A DNA stretch of 64,000 bases from Amoebidium appalachense (lineage: Eukaryota; Protista; Ichthyosporea): NCBI GenBank assembly GCA_963693365.1, contig CAVNZM010000001.1, positions 16,487,840-16,551,839 on the forward strand. The letters are read 5' to 3'. Of the stretch, positions 1 to 15,191 are shown one piece after another (the stretch's first letter is position 1; the number at the start of each line of letters is the position of its first letter). The position numbers and the translations under genes are program-made. The notes under the pieces were generated by a model. It ran no database searches, had not been told where the DNA came from, and saw only the letters and a program-made list of their open reading frames with translations.

Positions 1-411
1 CAATAATATGCACATGCGTCACTGTAATATCATGTATGCGCATGCCGCACAAGGTTTAGGAGACCACCACAGTATATACTATTTTCTTTTGGTTGATATC
101 CATGTAGGAATGGTGTGTTGCAGTTGTCATGATCAGCCTGAGGCAGGCACGTGCACTCACTGAATCACTAGAACTCATGAATAAAAAATACATTCGCTAA
201 AAACGGCAAGGTAAATTTGGGGCCAAGCTATTATTTCCCCCTTTTAAACGTTTTTTTAGCTCCAAGAACTTCGACGCCAAAATTTCTATATTTGGCCATC
301 GTATATGATAATGAACACGTGTACTTAAATTAAAGTAGTTATATAAATATGAGCGGCCCGTTACAAATACAGTGACGAAAAACAGTGACCCACGAGCAGT
401 TTTTCTTTCTA

Positions 412-459
<48 letters not shown>

Positions 460-1778
460 ACACACCAGACACACACACCACCACCACGGTGACCACCACC
501 ACCACCACCACCACCACTCACCCCTTAAAAAAACCACACACATACGTGCACGTGTACACACACACACAGAACACCACCACCACCTCCACTGGACCCCATT
601 TCCTCGTTGTTTTCTTAAGCCTTCAGACCAGTCCTGCACACTGGAGTTAAACAATTGAATTCACCTAGGCTGACATGCATCCACCCCCCGCCTTCCACTT
701 CCCTCCCCCCACCCCCTCCCCCCCCACCCCCCCCACCCCCACCCCCTCCCCCTCGATGAAGAAGGGCCCCCGTAAGCCTTGGGGGGGGGGGGGGGGGGGG
801 GAGGGGGGGGAAGGGGGGAGCTCTTGAGCCTCCGGGTAGGGAAGTGGGGTCCGGGGATCCGGAGAGGAGGGGGGGGGGGGGGGGAAGGGGGCATATAATA
901 TTGGGCCTAGATATCATAGTATGGGGCCCCGGGGGAGGGAGAGGTGGGGGGGGGAGGGGGGAGGATCCACGGGAAAGACCTTTAGGTGCATGTTCTTATT
1001 TATACCCCCTTCGAATCATCCCCCTCTCCCCCCCCCCCCCTCCCCCCCTGAGTGCAGGCCGTGACGTAGCTACGATAACCCTGCAGAAGGCAACAAAAAT
1101 GTATTAATTACTAGCACTATACATGTGTTCATAGTGCAGCTTGCACCACGTATGATCTCAGCAACTTTAAAGTAGTCACAAAGTTTAGTTATTTTCATTA
1201 TTTTCATTGCTCTGAACTCTATTACTCTGAAATGATCACCGTGCATGTGCCGCAAGATAACAACCCTATATGTGTGCAGCTGCTGCCTGCAGGTTAGACT
1301 CGCTGAAAAGACAATTGTCAGTGTGCATCCGACGCTTGCAGCTGCAGCTAGCCTCTGCAACATTAATACTTGCCAAGTGAATGCTCTTACACTTGATCAT
1401 CATTCACTCAAAAAACCGAGGACAGACAGATTAAATATTAATGTCCATCCGAATGATCAGCAAGTGTCTATGCGTACTACTATATATACACACACGTAAA
1501 ATGCGAAGCTATCAGTTACAAGGCACACCTGCTGCACTGGCACACATACACATACACACCGGCAGATCGATGCTGTCAAAATTTACTTTCATGTACTTCG
1601 TAGGTCCGACACAGGTGCACATGAACACGTACATATGTACAAGCCGCGCACACACCACACCACACATACACACACACACACACACACTCACACACACACA
1701 CGCACACACGCACACACGCACACACGCACACACGCACGCACGCACGCACACACACACACACACGCACGCACGCACGCG

Positions 1779-1846
<68 letters not shown>

Positions 1847-2284
1847 GACACACACACACACACACACATCACTGGGTGCGCTCGCTGGGGATTAGTTTTT
1901 TGGCACGCTGTTGACTTTATCGTGTGTTTATTATTTGCTATTTATTGGCCAGCGGCCAACATTTAAAAATATACTATATACCTAAAAATAGATACTGACT
2001 ACGGCCAGCAGACATTATACACCTTCCAGGACACATTAACACCAATAGTCTAACACACCATACTCTCGATCACAAAGAATTCCTAACAAACAGAGAAAAG
2101 TGCAAAGGCTCTGTACTATTACTCAGATTCTAAATTTTAATTCTTTACAGTAAACTTCGGAATGAAAGCTAGCCCCCCCCCCCCCCCCCCCCCCTCCCCC
2201 CCTAACATGACTGTACGAAGAACAGGTATAACTTGAAGCACTACAACACATATGAGATCCGTTACATTGGTGTACATTCCAATA

Positions 2285-3942
2285 TTAGACACTAGTTTGG
2301 CTACTCTGACTACTCTGAGATCCTGATTGGCTGCCTGCAGACTTGCGGCCACGATTACTTTGCTTTCGATCGTGCCATTGCAGCTGCGTCTCTCCAGCAG
2401 GTGGCAACGCCAGGCCCAGCACAGCAGATGCACGAGAAGGGGGTGGGAACTGCCCACCAGCCGAGGGCTGGCCCACATGGCCCAAGTAAGGATGGGGACC
2501 GTGCTGCGGCAGTAGCCCAGGCATGGGGAAGGCAGGGCCGGGCTGAGGCGGCATGATGCCCCACGGTGGGGGCCAGCCATGTGGGTGGTGCGGGCCTGGA
2601 TGGGGTGCAGGGGGCATGTGCGGCACATGGCCCTGCTGCATGTCAAGCGCGGGTGCTGGTGGCATGGCATCCTGATTGGCTGCAACCCAACGTGGGCAGC
2701 TCTTGGCCCGATTGGAGCCGGGGCAGCCCTTGCCCTGGCGGCCACACGTCTTGCAGGTCTTGGGGGCTCTCTGGGGTGGCTGCATAGGAGGGGGCACCGG
2801 CAAATCCATCTGCAGGGGCCCCTCAGGGCCAATGTTGCGATGCTTTTTGCCCACTAGCATGGGCAAGGGCCGCTCACGCTGCGCCCCTGCATCGACACCG
2901 TCTGGAACAGGGAGGGGTGGCAAGGGGGCAGGCCGTATGGTTGCTGGCACAGCGTCTGCCCTCTCCTCGCGCATACGCTTGCGGTGATCTGCCAGGCCCT
3001 CGTGTGTGGAGCGCTGTGCATGTGCCGTCTGCCAGGTCTTCCACTTGTCGAAATGCTTCTTGATGTAGGCCGCATCCTTCATGTAGATTCCCCCAGCCAC
3101 AGAGGCAGCCTTGTTGAAGTCTTGGGCCAAAGCCTCGAACAGCTGGCCGTTGGGCTTTGCATGTGCCTTGTAGGTGCCCAGGAGCAGCGTGCTGAATAGC
3201 TTGCGCTCCTGAGGGGTAAGCACCGGAAGGAAGGGGATGGCCACATGTTGCTTCTGCGCCAGGAACTTGTAGTCGCCCCTCAGTGCAGGGTCCGGCTGTG
3301 GTGCACCACGCGCCACCTGGTTGCCCCCCCCCCATGGCAGCACCGTCACCCTCCTCGACCTCACAGTCCTCTGGCCCGCCCATCACGCCATTGGCTGCAG
3401 GCTCGATGTTATCAGACGGAGGTGGGGGTGCGGGCACCGCAACTGGCTCCTGCGCCGGGGCATTGGCCACACAGGAGAGCGGGGCAAAGTTGAAGTACTC
3501 CTCCGGTAGCTTGTAGCAGCCTACGGGTACCCACTGGGGGTCGAGGTGATGGCCGTACCGCATCAGCGCCAGTGCCTCCATGTCGTCAACAATCCAGGGG
3601 CTGTAGTGGGGGGGCCCCGATGCCTGGCCCAGGCGGTTGCGGTAGTGTGCACGCAGGTTGTGGCGGTGGCGCCTATTGGACATGGTGGCGTCCAGCAGGC
3701 GCAGCGACATGCGTGTGGCCCCAAAGTGGGTGGCCAGGGGGTTGTGCACTGCCCCCTCCACCTCGTTGGTGCCCCGGATGCAGCGGTAGCGCATGAGCCC
3801 ATCTGCGTCGGCAGTGGTCTCGTAGTAGAGGGGCAGGCCGGGGGGGTCCGACAGACAGCCATTTTGGGCGTGTTCGAGCAGCGACTGTGGGGGCACAAGC
3901 AAACATCAGAGAGATGGGTGGGTGGTGGTGGTGGTAGTGTGT

Positions 3943-3993
<51 letters not shown>

Positions 3994-4073
3994 GGGGGGG
4001 ATGGGGTTGCTAAGGAAAAAAACGAGCAGGGAAAGGCAAAAAACAACTGGCTAGGCAGCAAGGGCCGTGCGGG

Positions 4074-4142
<69 letters not shown>

Positions 4143-4734
4143 GTGTGTGTGTGTGTATGTTTGGGGGGGGGGGGGGGGGGGGGGGGGGGGAGGCTAGGGT
4201 GTGCGTGTGTGTGCAGATGAACCAAGGATGACAAATAAGCGAAGAATCTTTTCTGTGGTGGTGGAGTTGTTGGGCGCCTGCAGGGGGAGGGGGGGGGGGG
4301 GATGTTGCCTCGAGTCTTTCAAAGCCATCCTTCTTGAACAGAGGCTTGCCATCCGGTCCGGGCGGCACATCCTTGTAGGTGTTTTTGAACTCCACCAGCC
4401 GCGAGACCAGCGTGTATGGGTCGGGAATAACCCGCCGGATGCGCTCCATGAAGTAGCTCAGGTCGCCGCCCTTGAGCTCGGTTTCAATGTCGATGCCCTT
4501 CTGCTCCAGCACCCCCTGTGAGGCAGGATGCCAATATTAATTTACTACGCACACTGCAATTTGGGTTTGGTAGACTTTGATACCTGCCGTTATTGTAGGA
4601 CCCCTCCCCTCCACCCCCCCCATCTTCTCCCCCAACACAAGTAAAAAATGCATGTGGCTATTTCCCCCCACAACCCTACATTATTTCTCTCTAGGCATAT
4701 GAATAACCCCCACTCTCCTCCCCCCCCCCCCCCC

Positions 4735-4782
<48 letters not shown>

Positions 4783-5815
4783 TTGCCCCCCCTCTCTCTG
4801 AGGCTCAGGCTCTCTCTCTTCCCTCAGAAGTTTTGTCGAAGGTGTGCATGGTTGTGGGTGGAATGGTGAGTGTGTGCTAACGAGTGTATGTGTGTGTGCG
4901 CGTCAGTCACGCATGTTGTTGTTGCCGTTTTTTTTATTTTTATTTTTTATTTTTTATTTTGGGGGGGGGGGAGGGGGGGGGGGGCACCTTCACATGTCCG
5001 TAATCCTCTTCATTCCACACAAATATTGCCTCGCTGAGTGCGCGTGCGTACTCAGCCCTGCGGGGGTGTGACTTGTACGTGCCGTCCGCCGTGTTTGCAA
5101 TGGAGTGGAAGGCGTCATTCAGCACAGTCTGCCACACCACCTCCCCAGGCGGTGCCTGGCCCAACATGCCCTCTCTGGGAGCTGCCTCGGGTCCCCCTGG
5201 GGCTGCCTCAAGGCCCCCCGGGGCTGCCTGGGGGTCCTGGGGGGGTGCCTGTGGGCCGGCAAGGGGTTGCTGCTGCTCGGCAGGGGGAGGGGCTGGGTCA
5301 GGGACCACCGGCACCTCGGCACCTGGGTCCGGTGGGGGCTGAATGGGCCGTAGCCACTGCAGGTGCACCATCAGCTCAAAGGGCGGCGGGCCCAGCTCTC
5401 CCAGGGTCTTGCCCTTGTCGGGGCCAAAGGGCACCTGCATGGCCGGCGACAGCACCTGATCCACCCGCACCACTGCATGCTTCTTGCCCACCTTCATGCC
5501 CCCCCAGCGCTCCGGCTGCACAGCCAGCACCACCCCGGTGGCTGCTGCAGCATGTGGGCCCCGCCGGGGCACAATCTCAACCCCTTCACCGAGTGCCTTT
5601 GCATGAAGCCGCGCTGCATGTCATAGAGGGAAGCAAAAAACTCAGCCAAAAAGCCACAGCACCAACGTTTTTCTCTTCGCTCCACAAAAATCAAATGCAT
5701 ATTCCTTAGCAACCCCCTTCCCCCCCCCCCCCCCCCCCCCCCCTTCTCCCTCCCCCCCCCCCCCTCTCCCAGTGCCCAGCTTGTGTGGCACTTGCACGTG
5801 TTAACAGTGCTATAG

Positions 5816-5850
<35 letters not shown>

Positions 5851-7471
5851 ACCACCACCACCACCACCACCAATCACCCCCTCCTTTGATAGCCACCCGA
5901 CACCCAGCATAACACAACTGGAACACTGGCCCATGTGGTCAGCCACCCCCCCCCCCCCCCCCCCCCCCCCTCCCTCCCCCCCTCCCCTCTCCCTCTGGGG
6001 GGCCCACAATCTTTCTATATCTGGCATAAGCACATAAGCACTGGGGCAAAAAGCAGGTGGGATACACACCTGACAGGTTTGGCCTATCGACCACGGCCGA
6101 GTAGACCTGCAGGGACGCATATGCATCAAGGGCAGCGTAGGTGGCCTGCACCTCTGATAGCGGCTCGTGCCAGTTGGAGCATCGAACAAGTGCCGGCTTG
6201 GGCAGCTTCTTGCCTATGACCTGGGCAGTGATGTCGGCCAAGCCCCGGGCCGCAGAGGTGATAGCTGCACGGGCATAGCAGAACCGGCCCAGCTCCAGAT
6301 AGCTGGCCACAGGGGTGCCGTAGTCCTTGTTGAGGTGGGCCGAGTCCGTGCCGATCTGCTTGCCCACCTTGATGATGCTGGGGTCCCTAAGCAGCGCAAT
6401 CAGCTCGTCCACCAGCCGCGCGGGCGGGCTGTGGTTGGGGCCCATGCGTGCCAAGTGGAAGATGTACACGGCCCGTGCGGTGGCAATCTGCAGCGTGCAA
6501 ACCTTGGACCGCGCCTGGCCCACCCGATAGACCCACTCGCAGTCCAGCCCCACCACGCGGTGCTGCTGCCCCTCCAGGTCGGCACGAATGGCCGCTGTAG
6601 CCACCACCGCCCCCTGGCAGTCGGTGTACACCGGCTTAGGGTAGTTGGCCGGCAGCTCCAGCCCAGGCAGACCGTCCGTCACGCTTACCAGCGCAGCCTC
6701 GTTCAGACGGACGGGGCATTTTGGCCGGGCTAGGGTTGGAAACATGCGCTCAACAAACGCCCGGTCTTGGCAGCACCGATCTGTGTAGAAGAAGGCCGGG
6801 CCCTTGCTGTTGAGCGCCGCCGTGGTGGCAGAGATGCGCTGGATCACGGGCTCAATCTCCTGGTGGCTGCAGTCCCGTGTAAATACCTGCGCCCGGATCT
6901 CTGGGGTGCCGCACTGTGTGAGAGGGCATCTCCGAGCAGCCATGCATGTTCTAGCTTCCCTTACCACATGGCCCTTCACGAGACTTCAGTGCCCACACAA
7001 TCCTTTCCCCCTCCCTCCCCCCAAACCCATGTGCCCACATACTTTCCCCTCCCTCTCCCCCAAAACCCTTCCCCCTCCTTCCCCCCAAACCCATGTGCCC
7101 ACATACTTTCCCCAGGCCTCCCTTTCCCCCAAAATCTTCCCCCCCCCCCTCCCCCCTAAACCCATGTACCTACAATCCTTCCCCCTTCCTCCCCCTAAAC
7201 CCTTGTGATCACAATCCTTTCCCCCTCTCTGCCTTCCCCCCAAACCCATGTGCCCACGATCCTTCCCCACTCCCCCTCCCCCCAAACCATGGGACAGCCC
7301 TCCATATGGCACCTACTGTCCCCCCCCCCCCCCCCCCCCCCCACCCCACCCCGGGCCTCTTGCCCTCTCTACCTTCAACCCCGACGGTGGTGTCTCTCCC
7401 CCCCCCCCCCCCCCCCCCCCTGCATCCCTTGCAATCACTGGCCCCTACTCCCATTCTGCTTGGCAGAAGCT

Positions 7472-7511
<40 letters not shown>

Positions 7512-7769
7512 CCCCCCCCTCCCCCCCCCCCCCCGATTCCCCGCCAAAAGAAAGCTCCACCCCAGCCCACCCCAATCTCTACCCAGCAAAAACACATACA
7601 CACATATCTGGAGCTTCCTAGTTTTTGCTCGACAGGGCAAGAATTGTCCCCAAAACCCACATACTACAAACCTCTACTCACAGTGTGCCACCTCATTAAA
7701 TGTGGAGCCTAAGAGATTTAAAGGCCCTAGAGGGGGAGGGGGGGGGGGAGGGGGGGAGGGGGGGCGTGT

Positions 7770-7800
<31 letters not shown>

Positions 7801-8635
7801 GGGGGTGTGGGGGGGGGGGGGGGAGGGGGGAAGGGGGCCTGGGGGAGAGTGGGGGGAGGGGGGAGAAGAGGAGGGACCACACACCGCCAAGCTCGTTTAC
7901 ACAAGTCCATAGGCCTCGGTACAGAGGCTCCCCATTGATGCCGGTGAGCTTCCCAATTTGGAAGGTGTGGTCGGCCTTGAGCACGTTGTTTACGGGCTTG
8001 AGCTGCGTGTCCAGGCTCTGGTACTTTGCCGTGCGGTCGCTGAACTCAGTATACACGGCACTCAGGTATTTGCCTGAACCCCAAGTACTGTTAGAACTCC
8101 ACCACCCTCCCATCAGGACCATCCCCCCCATTCCCTCTAGTCCCTCGTGTTCATCTCACCTCTCTGTATTTTCGTAAGTCTGTATGGCTTTTCCCATCTC
8201 AAAAACGCTACACACCCATCTCCGGCCGTTTGCCCCCCCCCCCCCCCCTCCCCCCCCCCCCCCCCCCCCCCCTCCCCCCGCCCTCCCGGCGCGCGCAAAC
8301 CCTCCAAGTCATTGCACCAACTTTCACCTTCTTTCCCCTTTGTGCCCCATCTGCAGTTTGTCCCCTGCACGTCCGTTTGCCCTTCCCCCCACACCCTCCT
8401 GCCACTACTATAATAACCATTAAGTACCGCCACCAAGATCCAGTCTACCACCATGTGCCCTCCCCCCCCCCCCCCCCCCCCCCCGCCTCTCCACCTCCTT
8501 TCCCCCAACACACACAGACACACATGCGCACACCCACCATCTAATTTCAGGCATAACAGTTCTCCACGATTTCCCAAGCACACTCACTGGTACATGGACC
8601 GTTATGCTTTCACCCCTCTGATGATCCCTCTGCCC

Positions 8636-8667
<32 letters not shown>

Positions 8668-8744
8668 ACCACCACCACCACCACCACCACCATGACTGAT
8701 TGCCACCACCACCACCTAATCCATCACCATGTCCCCCCTCCCCC

Positions 8745-8790
<46 letters not shown>

Positions 8791-10183
8791 ACGGACCCAC
8801 AAGTACACGCACACTCACAGGCGCACATCCACCACCACACATCCACCACCACCATAATAGAAACTTATTGACCACACTTCCAAAACCCATTTCCAAGTCC
8901 CCCCCCCCCCCTAAAAAAAAAAATAAAAAATAATAAAACAAAACCCTACCAAGCCAACCCAAAAAATGCCCAAGCACGTGCATACAAAACAATGGGGACC
9001 ATTTACACACCCAAAATGCAGTGCACACTTGCCTGAAGGCACATGTCCAGCGTAACCATTTTTGTCACCAAACGCCGAGAACTTAGCCGCCTGCTCCTCT
9101 GGGGGAAGTTCTGTCAGGCGCTGGTCGTGGGGGCGGAAATCGTTACGCTTTTTGAGTTCATACTTGGTCCAATGCAGCGCCCTCGAGTAATACAGGAGCC
9201 GCTGCTCGTCGTATCGCTGCTTGTGGAGCTCCGAGAGGAGGGTGGCAAAGGCGTTTGGGCCCACACCTTTGTCTGCCAGTGCACGCAACAATGTTACCAC
9301 CTTTAGGTCGAGCCCACTGCGGTGGCTAAGGTAGGCCGGAAACTGATCACGCATGAAGAGTGGAAGGCGTTTAATTGTCTGGGGGGTTTGTGCCGGCAAA
9401 GTTTTTTTTGCATGTGTCACAAAAGTACCGGGCCGTGATAATGTAGTAGCAGCTGTCAAAGTCGATAACACGCCGTCCTACGGGGTTGCTCATGAACCCA
9501 TTGCGAGAAGTACGGTGTGGGTTGGGGTGGTTGTGGGGGTCCACGTAGTGATCATCGAAGGGGCACGGCACCATGAAACCGGGAGACAACCTTTCCGGAA
9601 GCCAGGCAAAACATCTGGGTTTGTAGAAAGGCGCTGGATCGCCCCCAAATTTAAAGCCTATAATGGGAGGTGGAAGATGCCACCCCACAGGCGTCTTCTC
9701 ATCTTTGAGACTCTCTTTCACTGTGTGCAGGTGCGACTTGATTGTTTCGCCCGCCGCGTCAGAAAACTCCTCTCCACCGTCATCCCCGTCCGTATTATCT
9801 TCTCCCTCTTCCTCCCCTTCATCCTCGTCTACCCGGTACGCATCTGCTGCTGCATTTAGCAAAGGTTCCTCGTCGGGTTGCACCTGTATGTCTGGTGGGT
9901 GTGGAGCAGGGGCCCGATCCATTTCTCTTGGTAACGAATGGACGCTACCTGCCTCAACTACACGGGCCCTTATGTCGGCGGCCTTAGATAGAGGGGGCTG
10001 TTCGGGTTGTACGTTTACGTTTAGTTCCTGCAAAACAGCTTTGTTTGCCGTCCCAAAACCTGCAAAGTTCGCTAAAGGCTGAACAAATGCAGCATCTTTT
10101 TTTTTGCGCCCAGCTCCCTCCCTAGCTCCGCCTGTTTTATGCCCAGGGCGCTGTGTTGTGCCCTTAGGGCAGCCTGGCTTCAT
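2285..10183 (-). CDS. Intron-containing DDE transposase-like protein (~1533 aa): DUF6729-like N-terminus, embedded DEDDy 3'-5' exonuclease, C-terminal Cys cluster; two 1-nt homopolymer frameshifts
   Basis: Manually spliced exons 10183-9033, 8073-7885, 6900-6070, 5613-4988, 4515-4309 and 3884-2285. All splice phases agree (1,1,1,0,0), and the junctions give sensible peptides (GHVPSG/KYLSAVY, CVNELGE/IRAQ, DRPNLSA/RL, FERLE/SLLEHAQNGCLSDP). Motifs: RRVIDFDSCYYIITARYFC..C..FPAYLSHRSGLD, LKADHTF (D), FYTDRCC (D), LNDAFH (DxxH), RCIRGTNEVEG (E), CKTC..CPG..C. One extra base in the runs at ~9381-9386 and ~3324-3333 breaks the frame. Confidence 0.8.
6090..6570 (-). other. WRN/EXD2-like DEDDy 3'-5' exonuclease domain within the transposase (exon 3)
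   Basis: VVGLDCEW (ExoI), LQIAT..VYIFHL, LLRDPSIIKVG..IGTD (ExoII), VRCSNW..PLSEVQATYAALDAYASL (ExoIII) in ORF 5939-6979. Confidence 0.88.
6989..7290. repeat. Degenerate minisatellite in transposase intron 2
   Basis: About six imperfect copies of cccccaaacccatgtgcccaca..(c/t)ttccc, units ~40-60 bp. Confidence 0.75.
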
Positions 10184-10724
10184 TTTAAACACTTGGGGCC
10201 TGGCCCCCTGCCCCCCTAGTGCGACTACGTTACCGCAAACATTCCCGTATTCCAGTGTGCTCGGCAATGCTGCTCATGGCCTTCCCGGACTGGTTGTGAC
10301 CAGTAAAGAGCGCGCCAATTCCTGACCGCCGCCTACAGCAGTGTATGATCTGTTATCCATATTCGGCAAAAGGGGTCTTGCCCAACCAATGGCTTGAATC
10401 CTTGTAACTTTGCTTTATCCATATAAGGTTAGCTGAACACCCCCCCCTCCAATCATACCCCCCCCTTCTCTCTAGTAGTAGCTCCTGGCATGCCGCACCC
10501 CCTCGTTTCTTTCACGTTTCACGTTTCACTTCTGAACCGAACCGGTTCTTACCTAGCCTGCCGCCTACACCTACACCTGAGCTACAACCAATGAACATAG
10601 TCCAAACTCTTGCAAATGATTGGTACACCTTATTTCAGGCGCCAACACAACACGGCAGTGGCGCGCAGAGTTTGTGGTGTTCGTGAAACCAGTGTACCGT
10701 TTCGTCCCAACTAGTGGCAACAAT

Positions 10725-12519
<1,795 letters not shown>

Positions 12520-12958
12520 GATTTCAGGCCGTTTGTGGGCCATATCCTGCGTCGCGTAAGGCAATTAATGATTTCATCAACGCAAAGTTTGCTAAACCTC
12601 GCATAGTCCTGCTTGCAGCCTAACATGCATGTCAGACCCAGCGGCTGTGGTGTCGACAGAGTTTCCTGCCTGGTTAGACTTTTAGCGTGCATGTTCTTCT
12701 AGAATATGTAAGAATGGCTACTACGTTTAAGCCAGCCCAATATATTCGTTTAACAAAGATGCCCCCCCCCCCCCCCTTTTTCTGGGTCGAGTGGTGGTAC
12801 ATAGGGGTTTTTTCCTTTGGATGATGAGCTTTTTTTGCCTCGAGATGTATCGTAAGTTCTATGAAAGTTCTAATCATAACTATACTGTAATATGCAGCTT
12901 ATAATGTGTGGTCTCCCTACTTTGTGTCTTTCAGTGTGTGTGTGTGTGTGGGGGGGGT

Positions 12959-13009
<51 letters not shown>

Positions 13010-13217
13010 AGCAATCCGTTTAGTATGATTTCTTCTTGATGTGGCAGGCATGTGACACGTAACGCTTGGCCCGACTGACTGATCAATGCCCCTGTATATC
13101 TTACCCAATGTAACGGAAACCAAACAAATATCCACTGCATGAACAAGCATAGTTCCCCCACTGCATGTGGCACTATCATGTGGCTGAGTAAAATAACTAT
13201 CTCTATGATTGTCAGAG

Positions 13218-13337
13218 CGGACGATCTCACAGGGCTCTTTGATCCCCCCCCCCCCCCAAATCCCAACCCCACCACCACCACCACCACCCCATCCAACCCA
13301 TAACACCACCCTGATATGCTGCTACCGGTACCCCTGC

Positions 13338-13386
<49 letters not shown>

Positions 13387-13955
13387 GGCCCCCTTCCCCC
13401 CCCCAAAAAAACACCAGCACTATCACTTCTAGCCCTACCGCCCGTGACACCACCATGAAATGCCACGCCTGTCTCTCTCTGCTCCCTCCTCCCCTACGTA
13501 CGAATCACGTACCTGACCCGCTCACAAGACTGGGGTGCTGCCCCGGGTTAAATTTTACGGATGTTTGACAATGAGTGTTGTGTTAGCGATTAATAAGGGA
13601 ACCTCTTGGTACATTGTACATTGGTGTGTATTGGGAGACGGTGGCTCCTTTGCGGCTAAGCGTCCTGCGCGCGTGAATTTCAAACGGCTTAGAAGCATAA
13701 AATATGGAATAAATCTCCACACACATACCCATGGCTCCACCAGAACGTGGCTCAGTAACATGTACTGTAACATCTCATGTACGGACTATCTCACGGGCCT
13801 CTTTGATCCCCCCCCCCCCCCCCCTCCCCCCTCCACCCCCTTCCTCCCCCCCCCCCCCCCCCCCCCCCCCCCCACCAAAAAAGAATCCCCCTCCCCATAA
13901 CACCAGCACTATCACTTCTACCCCTACCACTCCGAAACAGCACCATGAAATGCCA

Positions 13956-13987
<32 letters not shown>

Positions 13988-14150
13988 TAAAACACGGTGA
14001 ATATGTTAGACCATTAGTGGTGTATTAGCGACTAATAATGGAACCTCTTACAGTGGTACATTGTACATTAGTGTGTATAAGGAGACGGTGGCTCCTTTGA
14101 GGCTGTAAGTGTCCTGCGCGCGATGATTTCAAGTGGGATAAAATATGCAA
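13218..14150. repeat. Diverged direct duplication (~13218-13710 and ~13781-14150)
   Basis: Shared blocks cggac(g/t)atctcac..ctctttgatcccc, acaccagcactatcacttcta..caccatgaaatgccac, tggtacattgtacatt(g/a)gtgtgtat..ggagacggtggctcctttg..gtcctgcgcgcg. Confidence 0.85.
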
Positions 14151-14702
14151 CTTAAATTTTCCACCGTCACATACCCACCGTCACATACCCCGTAACTTCA
14201 AATGCAACAACCTGCAGCTGTACATGCTCCCCTGCAATCCCTCGGTTGTTGTTGTGGTTTGTGTGTATTTGTTTATGTGTGTGTGGGGGGGGAGGGGGGG
14301 GGGAGAGGGGGGGGGGGGGGGGATAAGATTGGGTGGCCGTGGGGCTACCCAAACTCAAAGATGCTAGCATATTACTCTCCATTGCCCCCTGTAAGCCTTC
14401 TCTTAAATCTCTTTTGCAACTGCAGATCTTAGCACATGGCATGCATTGCCCAGTGCGCAAGGCATATGAAATACCTAGAATTCCGACGTTTGCACCCCCA
14501 TGCGATTGGGAACTGCCAGTGAAGTTTAGATATCATGCCTTCTCCCATTCCCCCCTCCCCCCCAAAGGAGGGCGGTAAAAAACATCGGGAAATGTCACGC
14601 ACACACCACACACACAGTGCCACGATTCGTGGCAAATCCGTTGTGCCCACATGCCATAGTAATTAAAACACAAAGATTGCTAATGACATATAATATAAAA
14701 CG

Positions 14703-14763
<61 letters not shown>

Positions 14764-15156
14764 CATTGCACCCACCCACACCCACATAATCAGTGCATCG
14801 ATATCCACACATGCACACTGTGGCACGAGCACACCGGCACACATACCAGATATGCATACACAAAATATAGTACACAAGTATGTCGTGGGTACTCATCACC
14901 AATCTCGATATCCTCTTCCACAGCCCCCCTCCGACATACACTCACAGCCCCCCCCCCCCCCCCCCCCCTCTCCATCCCCCCCCCCCCCCCCCCCCCCCGT
15001 TTAGCCCGTTCTGCAACCTCCCGTGCACATAGAGTCAGCAACCACGAATAAGAGACTCCAACGAGATATTTGTGTACTATATTTTGTGTATGCATATTTA
15101 TTAAGAAACTTTCTGAGGAGTCACATATAAATCGAAGGAGCGGGAGGGGGAGGTGT

Positions 15157-15191
<35 letters not shown>

